DNA of 64,000 bases from Candidatus Cloacimonadales bacterium (GTDB lineage: Bacteria; Cloacimonadota; Cloacimonadia; Cloacimonadales; JAIOQZ01). Positions 27,444 to 38,352 of this stretch are shown here, piece after piece (within the stretch, counting starts at the first letter, position 1; every line of letters begins with the position of its first letter). The notes below the pieces were generated by a model. The model did no database searches. It had not been told where the DNA came from and saw only the letters and a program-made list of their open reading frames with translations. The DNA lies in NCBI GenBank assembly GCA_963674825.1, contig OY771587.1:512001-576000 (forward strand), written 5' to 3'. The position numbers and the translations under genes were made by a program.

Positions 27444-29684
27444 ATGAGTTTCAAGCGCTATCTGCTGATTACCCTGCTGCTGCTCATCGGTGCAGTCGGG
27501 CTGTTTGGCGTTGGTGAAAATGTAATTATGGATATCCGGATCGAAGGCAACCAGAACATCGATTCGGAATTGATTTTCTCTGTCGTGACGCTCAAGTATG
27601 GTGATTTCCTTACTGCGGACGAGGTTGCCAATTCGATCAAGAACCTCTACCAGTTGGGTGTTTTCAATAACATCGTGGTTGAAGCTGAAGAATTGACAAG
27701 CGGCGTCGGCGTAGTGATACGCGTGGAAGAATTCCCTATCGTAGAGGAAGTGAATTATATGGGCTACGACGAACTCGACGAAGATGATTTCGAGGAGATC
27801 GTCACTCTTCGCAAAGGCAGCTACTGGTCACCGTATCTGATGGCGGAAACGCGCCAGAAGATGATCGAGAAGTACCAGGAAAAGGGCTACCACTTCGCGA
27901 CCGTCGATTTCGAGACCGAAGAGCTGGATAACAACCGCGTGAATATCACCGTCCTTATCGATGAAGGCGCAGAGATTCGTATCAAGAAAATCCATTTCCA
28001 CGGCAATAAGGAAATACCCTCCGGAAGACTTCGTTACGAGATGTCCGATACAAAGCAGAAAAGCCTCTTCTACTCGGGTAAGTTCGACCAGGAGAAATTC
28101 GAAGCCGATCTGGATAAAATCATCGACTTCTACAGCATCCGCGGTTACATCGATGCACGTATCATCTCGTGGGAAACCAATATCCTCGAAGAAGAGTACA
28201 TGTACATCGACATATTCCTCTACGAAGGCGAGCAATTCATGTTCGGCAACGTCACGGTAGAAGGTAACGAACGCTTTACCGACGAAGTGCTGATCAATCA
28301 GTTTGATTTCGCCGAAGACGAGGTGTTCGACCGCGAGTATTATGAAGAGCAGCTCATGAACCTCAGCTCGCTCTATTACGAAGAAGGATACATATACGCG
28401 CAGTTCGACGAGTCGCTTGAAAAACGTGGCAATTACGTCGATATCCACGTCAGAATCAAGGAAAACACACGTGCGCGTATTCATCAGATAAAAATCACGG
28501 GAAACCGAACAACCAAAGAGAAGATCATTCGCAGGCAGCTTTCGATCGCGCCGGGCGACTATTTCCAGCGATCAAAGCTGATTCAGTCGCAGCGCAACAT
28601 CTACAACCTCGGTTTCTTCGAGCCGGATATGTATCCGGACTGGCGTCAGATCAACGAAAATGGTGATATCGATCTGATCCTTCATCTGAACGACAAACAC
28701 TCCGGTACCGCAAATGGTGGTGTCGGCTACAACAGCACCGATAAGTTCGTCGGACAGCTTGCCGTCTCGCACAACAACCTTTTTGGTAACGCGTGGCGGG
28801 CCAGCTTCCAGTACGAATTCGGTAAATACACGCAGGATTTCCAGCTCGATCTGAGCGATCCATATCTGTTTGACTCCTACTACTCCGGCGGCGTGAGTCT
28901 CTATCGCACGGAGAAGGACTACACATCGTCTAACTTCAACGTTCAGACGAACGGCGGAGGACTCCGCGTGGGGCATTCGGTCGCATTCCTCGATTATGCG
29001 AAACTCACGCTCGGATATTCATTGTCATCCAAGAAGTATCAGGTCCTCGATTACGACGATTCCTATTCGAACACAATCGAAGAACTCGAGGAAAAGGGCT
29101 GGCAATACAACAGTAACGTTTACCTCACTTTCGCTCGCGATAGCCGCGACAATGTGTTCTTCCCCACTTCGGGAACCCAGTTCACCGTTTATCAGGAACT
29201 GGCTGGCGGCCCGATGCAGGGTGACTTCGACTACTATAAGAACATCCTCGAGTTCCGTTACTACCTGAAGACCTTCTGGGAATTCGTGCTCCGAACCAAG
29301 GTTCGCATGGGTTACGTGACAGAGTATGGCCGTTCCGACGAGGTTCCGCCTGAGGAGCGTTTTTACCTTGGCGGTACTGGTTCCGACGGTGTACGCGGTT
29401 ATTCCGACCGTTCCATTGGCCCTACCGACGGTGGTCACAGAGAGATTATCTTCTCAGCCGAATACGCGTTCCCGCTCGCGGGTGACGAAATCATCGGACT
29501 CTTCTTCTTTGATGCCGGCGACAGCTACGACAGCATCGATGAATTCAATTTCTGGAGTCTGAAGAAAGGTGGCGGTATTGGTCTTCGCCTCAGAAGCCCA
29601 CTTGGCCTCATCGGTTTCGACTACGCGTATAACTTCGATGAAGACGACTGGGAGCCACACTTCCAGCTCGGATATACATTCTAA
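27444..29684 (+). CDS. bamA: Outer membrane protein assembly factor BamA
   Basis: POTRA repeats ('IRIEGNQNI', 'IHFHGN', 'ITGNRTTKEKIIRRQL'), 'DSRDNVFFPTSG', 'VRGY', terminal 'FQLGYTF'; GGAGGT RBS precedes the ATG at 27444. Confidence 0.95.
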   Translation: MSFKRYLLITLLLLIGAVGLFGVGENVIMDIRIEGNQNIDSELIFSVVTLKYGDFLTADEVANSIKNLYQLGVFNNIVVEAEELTSGVGVVIRVEEFPIVEEVNYMGYDELDEDDFEEIVTLRKGSYWSPYLMAETRQKMIEKYQEKGYHFATVDFETEELDNNRVNITVLIDEGAEIRIKKIHFHGNKEIPSGRLRYEMSDTKQKSLFYSGKFDQEKFEADLDKIIDFYSIRGYIDARIISWETNILEEEYMYIDIFLYEGEQFMFGNVTVEGNERFTDEVLINQFDFAEDEVFDREYYEEQLMNLSSLYYEEGYIYAQFDESLEKRGNYVDIHVRIKENTRARIHQIKITGNRTTKEKIIRRQLSIAPGDYFQRSKLIQSQRNIYNLGFFEPDMYPDWRQINENGDIDLILHLNDKHSGTANGGVGYNSTDKFVGQLAVSHNNLFGNAWRASFQYEFGKYTQDFQLDLSDPYLFDSYYSGGVSLYRTEKDYTSSNFNVQTNGGGLRVGHSVAFLDYAKLTLGYSLSSKKYQVLDYDDSYSNTIEELEEKGWQYNSNVYLTFARDSRDNVFFPTSGTQFTVYQELAGGPMQGDFDYYKNILEFRYYLKTFWEFVLRTKVRMGYVTEYGRSDEVPPEERFYLGGTGSDGVRGYSDRSIGPTDGGHREIIFSAEYAFPLAGDEIIGLFFFDAGDSYDSIDEFNFWSLKKGGGIGLRLRSPLGLIGFDYAYNFDEDDWEPHFQLGYTF

Positions 29685-29697
29685 AGATAATTTTCAT

Positions 29698-29732
29698 CAA
29701 AGGGATATGGATACTCTCCATATCCTTTTTTT
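29698..29732 (+). terminator. Terminator after bamA
   Basis: AAAGGGATATGGA-TACTC-TCCATATCCTTTTTTT. Confidence 0.85.
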
Positions 29733-29904
29733 ATTCAACTCATTAGCTCTTATTACCAATCCCTGTGCCCTCAGATAGATAATTTCACCGATAGAAATCT
29801 CACCGCACCCGCCTTTCGAACTCTCCCAGGAAAATAACTTACTTGACATTACTTTTCACCATAGGAAATTATTACTTTCGATTTACCCATCAAAGGAGCC
29901 TCCT

Positions 29905-32900
29905 GTGAATCAAGAGAAGAAACATCAGGAAACGTTTTACAAGTACAAAGAATATGAATGGATCGCAAGGTCGCGAAAACTTGTCCTTGAAAAAGAATTG
30001 ATGAAAACAGATCTCCTTTACAAAGGCATCATGATCGCGACCCTAATTATCTGCTTGTTAGCAATTTCATCCCCTGTTATCATGAAAGTAATGTACGGGC
30101 AATACTCCAAGAAATTTGGTACACTTAAATGCATTATCGATCCATCACTTCAACTGGGTTTTACAATTCTCCTTATCAACATCGTTCTTGCATGGAGCAT
30201 TCGTAAATATGCGATTTGGCGTTCGCGCAAACCTTCAAGTATTCCACACCGTTTTTCGATACCATGGATGCTAACTGCATACGCTGAAATTAATTTCATC
30301 ATTCTCATCATCTTCAGTTTTCGACTATCCCAAAGCTTTGCATTGATAAACCACAACTTTGCCCAGCTTGGTGTTATCCTTATTCTTCCCTTTCTTAGCT
30401 TATATATTCTACAATCTTTCAGGAAAAAAATCCTGACCGTTTTGAGCCTGTTGCCAATTGCACTAGCGGTGTTCTTCGTCACATATGTAATCAAACATCA
30501 AGATACTGGACGATCTTTTATGCCGGGAGCATTGGGGTATATCGCTATTGATATGTTTATCATGTCATTTCTGTTTTTCAGTAAAACGATGCTGGGAATT
30601 GCTCGGAAAAAGCATATCGAGGAAGAAATAAAAGCGCGCATGCTCTCCTCGATTTATAGTGGTTTCAACCTTTTAAGCTCTCTTGCTGTAATCGGATTTA
30701 CTTTCTTCCCGATTGTGAAAGTTATTCTGGAAAGCCATAGGTTTCCTGTTTTCGATGTAGATCCGTCAATCATAGCAGGAATCAAAGCACTTTTCTCTCA
30801 GTTAATTACAATTGCGACAATTGCCCTGACTTATCTTTTTACTCGAAAAGTCGATCGACTACATAGAAAAGACCAAACCTGGCTCCGGAAGCTCAGGACA
30901 GGCTTTTTCACTCTGTTGCTTGTGCTTGCTCAAGGTGCTTTTCTGACTGCATGGACAAAATCAATCATCATGAATACGCCGATCCTATCCATAACCGTTT
31001 GGAGAGAAAGCAACTACGTTCTGTCTACCGTCATAGTCCTCCTCGTATATTTTTGTCTGATTTTTATGAAGACTCACATAAGAAGCAACTCTATTGAATT
31101 TATAACCTCGCTCACATTGATTAATGTAGCTTTTATATTCAACAATATACTATTCTTCTCGCGGCTAACGGTTGATAACAATTACCATTGGTCAACGTTA
31201 CTGCAGATCAATGCTTTCGTAGGAGTTTTATTTGTCCTCCTATACATCAGCCGCAAGTTGATTAGCATTTTCCTGGAATACAATCAACCCGAAAAGCAGA
31301 GAATGATGTTCCACGGTGTGCAAAAGCGAAATATTGAAAACCAGATACCTCACCTTTTCTGGACTTATTACTTGAAAGCTGCGTCATATTACTACATCAT
31401 TTTCCCGATTTCTCTCTTATGGCTTGCACTGAGCACTATTATTACTTTCATATCAAACTCTCAATACATCATTCTATCAATACCGGGGAATCAAGAATTC
31501 AATAATGAATTGTTTTTCCAAAAATGGATTAACGGGCCTGATTGCCTGATTGCGTTTTTCAGTGCATTTACGGCAGCTGCATTCACTTTTATCTATGTAT
31601 TCCAGGATCATCATAAAGTATTGCGTGAATTCACATCAAAAACAGTTCTTGATTCGATGTTGAATCAGATGAACGATCACCTGATTATTATTGGTATGCA
31701 ATGCCTTGGTGGCAATTTGTTACGAACTGTCTTCCCCGATATCCATATGAGCGAACGCGGTCATCCCCATAAAAGGAGCATCTCTCGTATTCTATTCAAA
31801 ATACTTATAAAAATTCTGAGTCCATCAGGAAAGTCAATCCGCACAACCAATGAAAGTGAACGTTCATTCCGAGTCATCGTTGATGAGAACCTCGGTGTTT
31901 ACCTCGTCTCCACCAAAGTGCTTGTTATCGATAAAGATGAATCACAATTCCGTATGCTTATGGAGAAGCGCTCCGATTATTCCGTAGGTTTTTATACTCC
32001 ATGGCGTGACACGGAGCAAATCTTGTTTCTCGCAATTGCTGGAAATGTTGTGCATCCGACGATCCAACTCGCTGCGAATTTCAACACAGCCAAATTGATT
32101 GACTGCACATCGCAGGATAATGATATCGCCATGTCTCTTGCCACATTGAAATCCCCCAAACGTAAGATATTCTCGTATTATCATACACCGCTCTACGATG
32201 TTGTAACTGCACTTACCTATCAGAACTCCACCTATCTGATCGATTCTGCCAGTATCGAAGGAACAAGTGTCTCCCAAAGAATCATTGTGTGGTTCATGCA
32301 GCATCTTTATGAGAAGGGGGTTATCGATCGACACAGCGGTGATTACGAGAAAGGCGAATACTCAAAGATGCCCAAAATCCTGTTTGTCGGCAGAGGCAAG
32401 ATTCCCTACTCCATAATCAGGGCAATCATCCTGTCGATGGAAACAATCGGGATATCTTATCAGGAAGCAGTGCAGTTTCTCAATCGATCATGCACAATAT
32501 TCACCGACGACACCCTGTTTGCCGATGAATATACGCCGTATGATAGTAAAAGAAAACGCTACCGGTCATTTGGGCTAAACGCGGTGATTCCTCAGAAAGT
32601 CTATACAAAGTTCCAAAACTGGGAATTTTACCCTCTCAGGAGACATAACTCAAACTTCTATCGGGACGCGATGAATATTCCAGTATTTTATAAAGACCTG
32701 AACAACTTTGAGAACTACGCCGAATTACTCAAGATTATGCACAAGATCGGTCGTTATCCAGACCTAATTGTGTTCCTCGATTACGAACCATTCGGCAGCC
32801 TTGCCCATTTAAATAGGGCAATCAACACGCTAGAGATTCATCAAAACTCCATCACCGCGCCACTACCATACATTATTACATCGGCAAGCTATTACGACAG

Positions 32901-34692
32901 AATCTTCCTTAATGAGCAGCTCATGAGATACTTATTGAGTAATAACCCAGCTGAAAAGGTTCGTGGCTTTCCGACACCCTTGCCGATTGAAGCAAACCTA
33001 ACTCGAGACTCTGTTGCCTCCAACCAGAATGCCTCTATGGTTCGCGCGCTCCTTACCACCCAGGAAGACAGCCGGATGTGTTGGATCAAAGGAAAGGCAG
33101 AACCCCAGATCGAGCGACGAGTGCAAATGCTCGAAACCGAAGAGAGAATCAATCATCACGAGGCGGAAGTTACGTTTTGCCTTAGCGATAACGCCGGCTC
33201 CCTCGCAAGGTTGCTTACTCAAATGTTTTCGCGAAAAGTAGAAGCATTCGACCCGGGAAGTCCCCGCCCAAGCTTCAGCTTCTGTCATTCCTTCAAGGAA
33301 AGGCACTTCCAGCAAACATTTATCTTTACCGGAACGGCTTATCTCACAAAGAACCAATCCACTGAAACTGCTGACGCTATCGACGCGATGTACATCAACA
33401 CATCCGATGAATCATTTAAATTCTACAAGGACGCTCTTGAGCCATTTTCTTCAAGACTGACGGGTGGCCCGAAGGAATTATCTTGCCCAGGTAATGGATC
33501 TGTATTGACCGATTGCGCCATCTCAACATTCCAGAAGCACACAAACGTACCAACGTACCAGCTCGGACGCTTGAAAGCCGGTTTAAATCGAAACCATCAC
33601 CATGTAAGTACTCCAAGATTACCAGAACGCGTTCACATGAATATATGGGGAGATGGAAATGACATACCGGGAACATATTGCGAAACCCTTTGCGATATCA
33701 TGACGTGGAAAGATGTCACCGGTGAGCAAGGCTCCAGGGGTTGCCTGCCACTAATAGAATTCACGACAAGTATTCCTTGCGGCCAGACCAATCGAGCGCA
33801 GAAGAAATTCTATATCAGGCTATGGGATGAGGATAAATACCTGGAAGAAGAGAATAAGCTACTAGATATACTCAGGAAAATCAAAGAGGCAGAAAACCTC
33901 GACTTTTTCGGCATCAAGAAGCTGCACAACAGAAACAAACTCAAAGGCCAGATACAGCTAGTGGAAAGAGCCTTTTTCAAGAGCCAGGAGATCAAACGCT
34001 TCGGCACAATCCTGGGCCTGAAGATCAAGAAAGGTGGAGGATTAATTGACTGGCCCAGTATCGATGACAAGCATTCGCGCTTCGATCTTAATAAAGGCGA
34101 CGCTTGGTATCGCTACGCTATCGACCTACTGTACTTCCTAAACAAAGTAAAAGTACCTGGCGAACTTTCCGACTTGTACGACCCCTCGGAGAAACCACTT
34201 CCTGAAAGCGAATGTCGATCACTGATTGATAAATACAACTATGATCGCCACACCGCTTTCATTGTTATCAGAACAACATGCGGAGGAAATGATCATCTCT
34301 GCGTTGACGAGGAAGAAGCCCACCTTAAATGCAAGGATCATTACTACAGAATCTGTATTGCCGACGAAAAAGCTGAGCACACAGAATGGGCCCAAAATGC
34401 TGCATTGGAATACTGTTTCACCATTGAGAAGGATCTCAAAAAGGAATTCGACAAGAGGCTGCTACATCCGGCATCAATCCAGAACGACTACATCAAAGAC
34501 AACCCATATAAGATAACACTTAACGATGTCCTGAATAACAGAGTTTTCCTGAAAGACTTGATCAAAGTTGGCTATGAACTCGCCATTGTAAGAAGCGATC
34601 TCCTTAAGAGATACAGAAACAGAAATGATTCTGGAGACGAGAATGATGAGATATGGGTCAATAATCGTTTGTTCTTCTTCGACGATATATAG
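29905..34692 (+). CDS. Large hypothetical polytopic membrane protein with RCK/TrkA-like and ACT-like C-terminal regions
   Basis: 1595-aa ORF with RBS AAGGAG; about 14 hydrophobic segments in the first ~570 aa; then 'MNDHLIIIGMQCLG', 'VLVIDKD', 'KILFVGRG', 'CLSDNAGSLARLL'. Domain calls are by eye. Confidence 0.7.
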   Translation: MNQEKKHQETFYKYKEYEWIARSRKLVLEKELMKTDLLYKGIMIATLIICLLAISSPVIMKVMYGQYSKKFGTLKCIIDPSLQLGFTILLINIVLAWSIRKYAIWRSRKPSSIPHRFSIPWMLTAYAEINFIILIIFSFRLSQSFALINHNFAQLGVILILPFLSLYILQSFRKKILTVLSLLPIALAVFFVTYVIKHQDTGRSFMPGALGYIAIDMFIMSFLFFSKTMLGIARKKHIEEEIKARMLSSIYSGFNLLSSLAVIGFTFFPIVKVILESHRFPVFDVDPSIIAGIKALFSQLITIATIALTYLFTRKVDRLHRKDQTWLRKLRTGFFTLLLVLAQGAFLTAWTKSIIMNTPILSITVWRESNYVLSTVIVLLVYFCLIFMKTHIRSNSIEFITSLTLINVAFIFNNILFFSRLTVDNNYHWSTLLQINAFVGVLFVLLYISRKLISIFLEYNQPEKQRMMFHGVQKRNIENQIPHLFWTYYLKAASYYYIIFPISLLWLALSTIITFISNSQYIILSIPGNQEFNNELFFQKWINGPDCLIAFFSAFTAAAFTFIYVFQDHHKVLREFTSKTVLDSMLNQMNDHLIIIGMQCLGGNLLRTVFPDIHMSERGHPHKRSISRILFKILIKILSPSGKSIRTTNESERSFRVIVDENLGVYLVSTKVLVIDKDESQFRMLMEKRSDYSVGFYTPWRDTEQILFLAIAGNVVHPTIQLAANFNTAKLIDCTSQDNDIAMSLATLKSPKRKIFSYYHTPLYDVVTALTYQNSTYLIDSASIEGTSVSQRIIVWFMQHLYEKGVIDRHSGDYEKGEYSKMPKILFVGRGKIPYSIIRAIILSMETIGISYQEAVQFLNRSCTIFTDDTLFADEYTPYDSKRKRYRSFGLNAVIPQKVYTKFQNWEFYPLRRHNSNFYRDAMNIPVFYKDLNNFENYAELLKIMHKIGRYPDLIVFLDYEPFGSLAHLNRAINTLEIHQNSITAPLPYIITSASYYDRIFLNEQLMRYLLSNNPAEKVRGFPTPLPIEANLTRDSVASNQNASMVRALLTTQEDSRMCWIKGKAEPQIERRVQMLETEERINHHEAEVTFCLSDNAGSLARLLTQMFSRKVEAFDPGSPRPSFSFCHSFKERHFQQTFIFTGTAYLTKNQSTETADAIDAMYINTSDESFKFYKDALEPFSSRLTGGPKELSCPGNGSVLTDCAISTFQKHTNVPTYQLGRLKAGLNRNHHHVSTPRLPERVHMNIWGDGNDIPGTYCETLCDIMTWKDVTGEQGSRGCLPLIEFTTSIPCGQTNRAQKKFYIRLWDEDKYLEEENKLLDILRKIKEAENLDFFGIKKLHNRNKLKGQIQLVERAFFKSQEIKRFGTILGLKIKKGGGLIDWPSIDDKHSRFDLNKGDAWYRYAIDLLYFLNKVKVPGELSDLYDPSEKPLPESECRSLIDKYNYDRHTAFIVIRTTCGGNDHLCVDEEEAHLKCKDHYYRICIADEKAEHTEWAQNAALEYCFTIEKDLKKEFDKRLLHPASIQNDYIKDNPYKITLNDVLNNRVFLKDLIKVGYELAIVRSDLLKRYRNRNDSGDENDEIWVNNRLFFFDDI

Positions 34693-34862
34693 CTCGTTTT
34701 TTATTCTTCATTTTCGATTTGGAAATTATAGCCTGAATAGCGATATTGCTGGACGCACAGGATTTCGGCATTATGTTATTTGTAGGTGATTGAGTATCGT
34801 TTCATTGATTTGAAGATTCAAGCATCGGTTCAGCTACTGTGGCGAATTTTGGGCAAAAAAAA

Positions 34863-34938
<76 letters not shown>

Positions 34939-35002
34939 ACGCAACAGATAAGAGGCAAGATTACTTTCGCGAAAAATGTGTCAAGGGGTTTTTGGTGAAT
35001 AT

Positions 35003-36943
35003 ATGAAAAATCGGTTTGTTCTGTTGCTGTTTATATGCATTGCTACTGCGCTTTGGAGCGCAACAGTACCTAATGTTGTCGTCTTTGATCCAGACCACCA
35101 ACCCGGCACAATCCAGATTTCTGCTATTGTGCAAAACGAACTCCACCGAGCGCTGGTCGAAACAGGTAAATTCCGGGTCGTGGAACGCCGCAACCTCGAT
35201 GCCATCATGCAGGAGCAACAACTCTCGATGGAAGACTTCACCGAGCAATCCAGCATTTATCGACTGGGGCAGCTTCTCGATGCCGACTACATTCTCTTCT
35301 CCTCCATCCACAGGCAGGATTCACAGCTAATTGTGTATCTTAATCTCACAGATGTATTCACCGGTGAAACACTCTATCCCGAGTCTTTCATCTCGACTGC
35401 GGATATTCATTCCATCAAGCGTGGTGTCGAATCCGCTGTCGATCGGATCGCATCCAGATTCGAGCTACGTGGTTTCATCGTGAAGATGGAGGACGATGAT
35501 ATCTTCATAGATCTCGGTTCGCGAAACAACCTGACCGTAAACACAATAATGGAAGTGTATCGCACCGGTGAGCGCATCATTGATCCAAACGCCTTCCGCG
35601 TGATTGGATTCGATCGTAAGCGCATCGGCGAGATCATCATCACAGAGATAATCTCGGAAGAATTATCCCGAGCCAGGCTTTATTCCGGGGAAAAATTTGC
35701 AGTGGGCGATGAAATATCACCGCTAATCGAAGAACCCGCAACCATGGAAGTAAAACCTGTTGGAAAACCTACCAAGCTCAAGCCGCACTCCAAACGCGAT
35801 ACATGGCTTGAAATCAACGTGCAGCCAACAGACACGCGCGTATATCTCGATACCAAAGAACTTCGTCGCTCCTCCTGGGAATACCCATACAGGAAACACG
35901 TTGAGCCAGGCATCCATTTTGTTCGTTTCGAGAGAAACGGATATGGAACCATCCGCAAGCCACTCGAGGTCAGGGAGGGAGAGCAGTTCAACCTGCAGAT
36001 ATCGCTTCAACCTGTTACAGGAACCCTTTACCTGAACACCGATCCTCCCGGGGCAGAAATATATATTGACGACCAGTTCGAAGGGATATCCCCAATTCGA
36101 ATTTCGCGTGAGAAAAATCAACGCTACAAACTTCGTGTGGTGAAGTCAGGATATCAACAGGAAGAAAAACGGGTTCGTATTCGGCCAAACGAAATCGACG
36201 ACATGCTCATCAAGCTGGAAACCGACCCTAAATCTCGCTCGATAACACCACCCGCGATGGTGATGATTCCGGGAGGGAGCTTCATGATGGGTTCTGACGA
36301 AGAAGAAGCCAAGCGCGACGAACAGCCACAACATCGCGTTGACATCGATTCCTTTTTCATCGATCGCTACGAAGTCATGGTCAAACAGTTCCGCACTTTT
36401 TGTGAAGTGACGGGGTATCATATGCCCGTACTACCCGATTGGATAACGGATCACGACCCCATGATCAACGTCACCTGGTACGATGCCAAAGCATATGCCC
36501 AGTGGGCCGGGAAGCGGCTGCCAACTGAAGCCGAGTGGGAATACATAGCGCGCACCAGCTGCCCGAAGAGTGCATTTTGTACAAAAAACACAGATATGAA
36601 CGCGCGTGACTGGGCGAATATCCAGGGTACAAGCGGACAGGATCGTTGGGATAAAATCGCGCCTGTGGGGAATCTCATCCCCGACTCCATGGGGCTTTAT
36701 GATTTCGGCGGAAACGTCTTCGAGTGGTGCGAGGACTGGTATGATCGCAATTACTATTCTTACAGTGTGAAGAAGAACCCGCAGGGCGCAGGATTCGGTA
36801 ATCGTAAAGTGATCCGCGGAGGTTGCTGGGCCTTCGGGAGCGAAAGCCTGAAAGCATATTCCCGTAGCGTAGGAAATCCCAATACCCGCAGCTCGATCAT
36901 TGGGTTTCGTTGTGCACAAAGCATAGGCCGGAATAACGAATGA
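35003..36943 (+). CDS. Secreted multidomain protein: CsgG/FlgT-like region, PEGA domains, FGE-sulfatase (SUMF1) domain
   Basis: Signal peptide MKNRFVLLL..; 'FRVVERRNLDAIMQEQQL', 'IFIDLG', 'LNTDPPGAEIYID', 'GKRLPTEAEWEY', 'GNVFEWCEDWY', 'IGFRCA'. Confidence 0.82.
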   Translation: MKNRFVLLLFICIATALWSATVPNVVVFDPDHQPGTIQISAIVQNELHRALVETGKFRVVERRNLDAIMQEQQLSMEDFTEQSSIYRLGQLLDADYILFSSIHRQDSQLIVYLNLTDVFTGETLYPESFISTADIHSIKRGVESAVDRIASRFELRGFIVKMEDDDIFIDLGSRNNLTVNTIMEVYRTGERIIDPNAFRVIGFDRKRIGEIIITEIISEELSRARLYSGEKFAVGDEISPLIEEPATMEVKPVGKPTKLKPHSKRDTWLEINVQPTDTRVYLDTKELRRSSWEYPYRKHVEPGIHFVRFERNGYGTIRKPLEVREGEQFNLQISLQPVTGTLYLNTDPPGAEIYIDDQFEGISPIRISREKNQRYKLRVVKSGYQQEEKRVRIRPNEIDDMLIKLETDPKSRSITPPAMVMIPGGSFMMGSDEEEAKRDEQPQHRVDIDSFFIDRYEVMVKQFRTFCEVTGYHMPVLPDWITDHDPMINVTWYDAKAYAQWAGKRLPTEAEWEYIARTSCPKSAFCTKNTDMNARDWANIQGTSGQDRWDKIAPVGNLIPDSMGLYDFGGNVFEWCEDWYDRNYYSYSVKKNPQGAGFGNRKVIRGGCWAFGSESLKAYSRSVGNPNTRSSIIGFRCAQSIGRNNE

Positions 36944-36963
36944 CGAATATTAACAAAATTCTT

Positions 36964-36992
36964 TTGACAAATGCAGCAGTGATAAATATGTT
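36964..36992 (+). promoter_or_regulatory. sigma70-type promoter of the HDOD-cheY-cheZ genes
   Basis: TTGACA-N17-TATGTT. Confidence 0.5.
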
Positions 36993-37051
36993 TTCATTGT
37001 GATTTAATGGGTGGATAGTCATGTGTCAAACACGAAAGGATAGCATATCAA

Positions 37052-37930
37052 ATGGCTGGCGATATTGATTGGATAAAAGAAGAGCTTGAAAAAATACAGT
37101 CGTTACCGACATTACCTGTCATCGCATCAAGACTGCTCAATATGCTTGATTCCCGACAGGTCTCAATGAGCGATATATCGAAGATCATCGTTGTGGATCC
37201 CGCACTCACAAGCCGTATCCTTAAAATTGCTAACTCCCCCTACTACGGCATGCGAAACCGCATTGACACGATCAAGCTTGCGCTTGTAATTCTCGGTATC
37301 AACGAAATTAAAAACGTGCTCCTCAGTATATCACTTTTCCGCACGTTCACTACGAACGACGACGAATTCCAGTTCGATTCCCAGACTTTCTGGGTTCACT
37401 CAATGGCAACTGCACACTTCGCCAAGAAGCTCGCAAAAGATTTTAAGCTCAAGAGCCACGGCGAAGACTTTACAGCCGGCCTGATCCACGATATCGGTAA
37501 ACTTATTATCGCCCAGTATTTTTCGGAATTCCTTCCGGATATCGATAACGCGATCAAAACCGACAATATCCCCAATTACGAAGCCGAGGAGAGAGTTCTC
37601 GGGTTGTCCCATATGGATATTGGCGCATGGCTGGCCGACAAATGGAAACTTCCGGCTCACTTGATCCAGACGATACGGTACCATCACTATGCCCACCTTA
37701 CCGAAGAACACCAACTCCTGTGTACGATCGTTGGTCTGGCAAACCTCATCGCTAATTTCCACCAGTTTGGCAACGATCCCATGGCCGATCTCGATTCCAT
37801 CCTCAACTTCAAGGGTTGGGAGTTGATCGAGACAAGTATCCAGCAGGAAGATTATAACCGACAGGAATATGTGTTGAGCCTCTCGGAAGAATCCGACGCG
37901 GTCAACGCTTACGTCCAGGCACTATTATGA
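37052..37930 (+). CDS. HDOD domain protein
   Basis: 'LPTLP', 'DPALTSRILKIANSPYYG', 'FWVHS', 'FTAGLIHDIGKL', 'IGAWLADKWKLP'. Confidence 0.93.
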   Translation: MAGDIDWIKEELEKIQSLPTLPVIASRLLNMLDSRQVSMSDISKIIVVDPALTSRILKIANSPYYGMRNRIDTIKLALVILGINEIKNVLLSISLFRTFTTNDDEFQFDSQTFWVHSMATAHFAKKLAKDFKLKSHGEDFTAGLIHDIGKLIIAQYFSEFLPDIDNAIKTDNIPNYEAEERVLGLSHMDIGAWLADKWKLPAHLIQTIRYHHYAHLTEEHQLLCTIVGLANLIANFHQFGNDPMADLDSILNFKGWELIETSIQQEDYNRQEYVLSLSEESDAVNAYVQALL

Positions 37931-37963
37931 TAATATTTAAAGAAAAACCTCGATGGAGGATTT

Positions 37964-38341
37964 ATGTCTGATCTCAAATTTTTGATAGTTGATGACTCAC
38001 CTACAATGCGTAGAATCGTGAACAACACGCTCAAACGCCTTGGCTATCGTGATATCGAAGAAGCAGATAACGGGTCCAGCGGCATGGACAAACTGCGCAG
38101 TATTCCAGGCATCAATTTCGTTGTTACCGACTGGAACATGCCCGTGATGGATGGACTGCAATTTGTCCAGACTATCCGTGGAAGCCAGGAATTTGCCAAG
38201 ATACCGATCCTGATGGTCACCACGCGAAGCGTAAAGGATGACATTATTGAAGCCATGAAGGCAGGAGTGAATAACTATATAGTCAAGCCATTCACCCCGG
38301 AAACCATGAAAAGCAAGATTGACGCAATCTTGAATAGATAA
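37964..38341 (+). CDS. cheY: Chemotaxis response regulator CheY
   Basis: 'FLIVDDSPTMRRIVNNTL', 'TDWNMPVMDG', 'PILMVT', 'AGVNNYIVKPFT'. Confidence 0.92.
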   Translation: MSDLKFLIVDDSPTMRRIVNNTLKRLGYRDIEEADNGSSGMDKLRSIPGINFVVTDWNMPVMDGLQFVQTIRGSQEFAKIPILMVTTRSVKDDIIEAMKAGVNNYIVKPFTPETMKSKIDAILNR

Positions 38342-38352
38342 CGGGGGACAGA

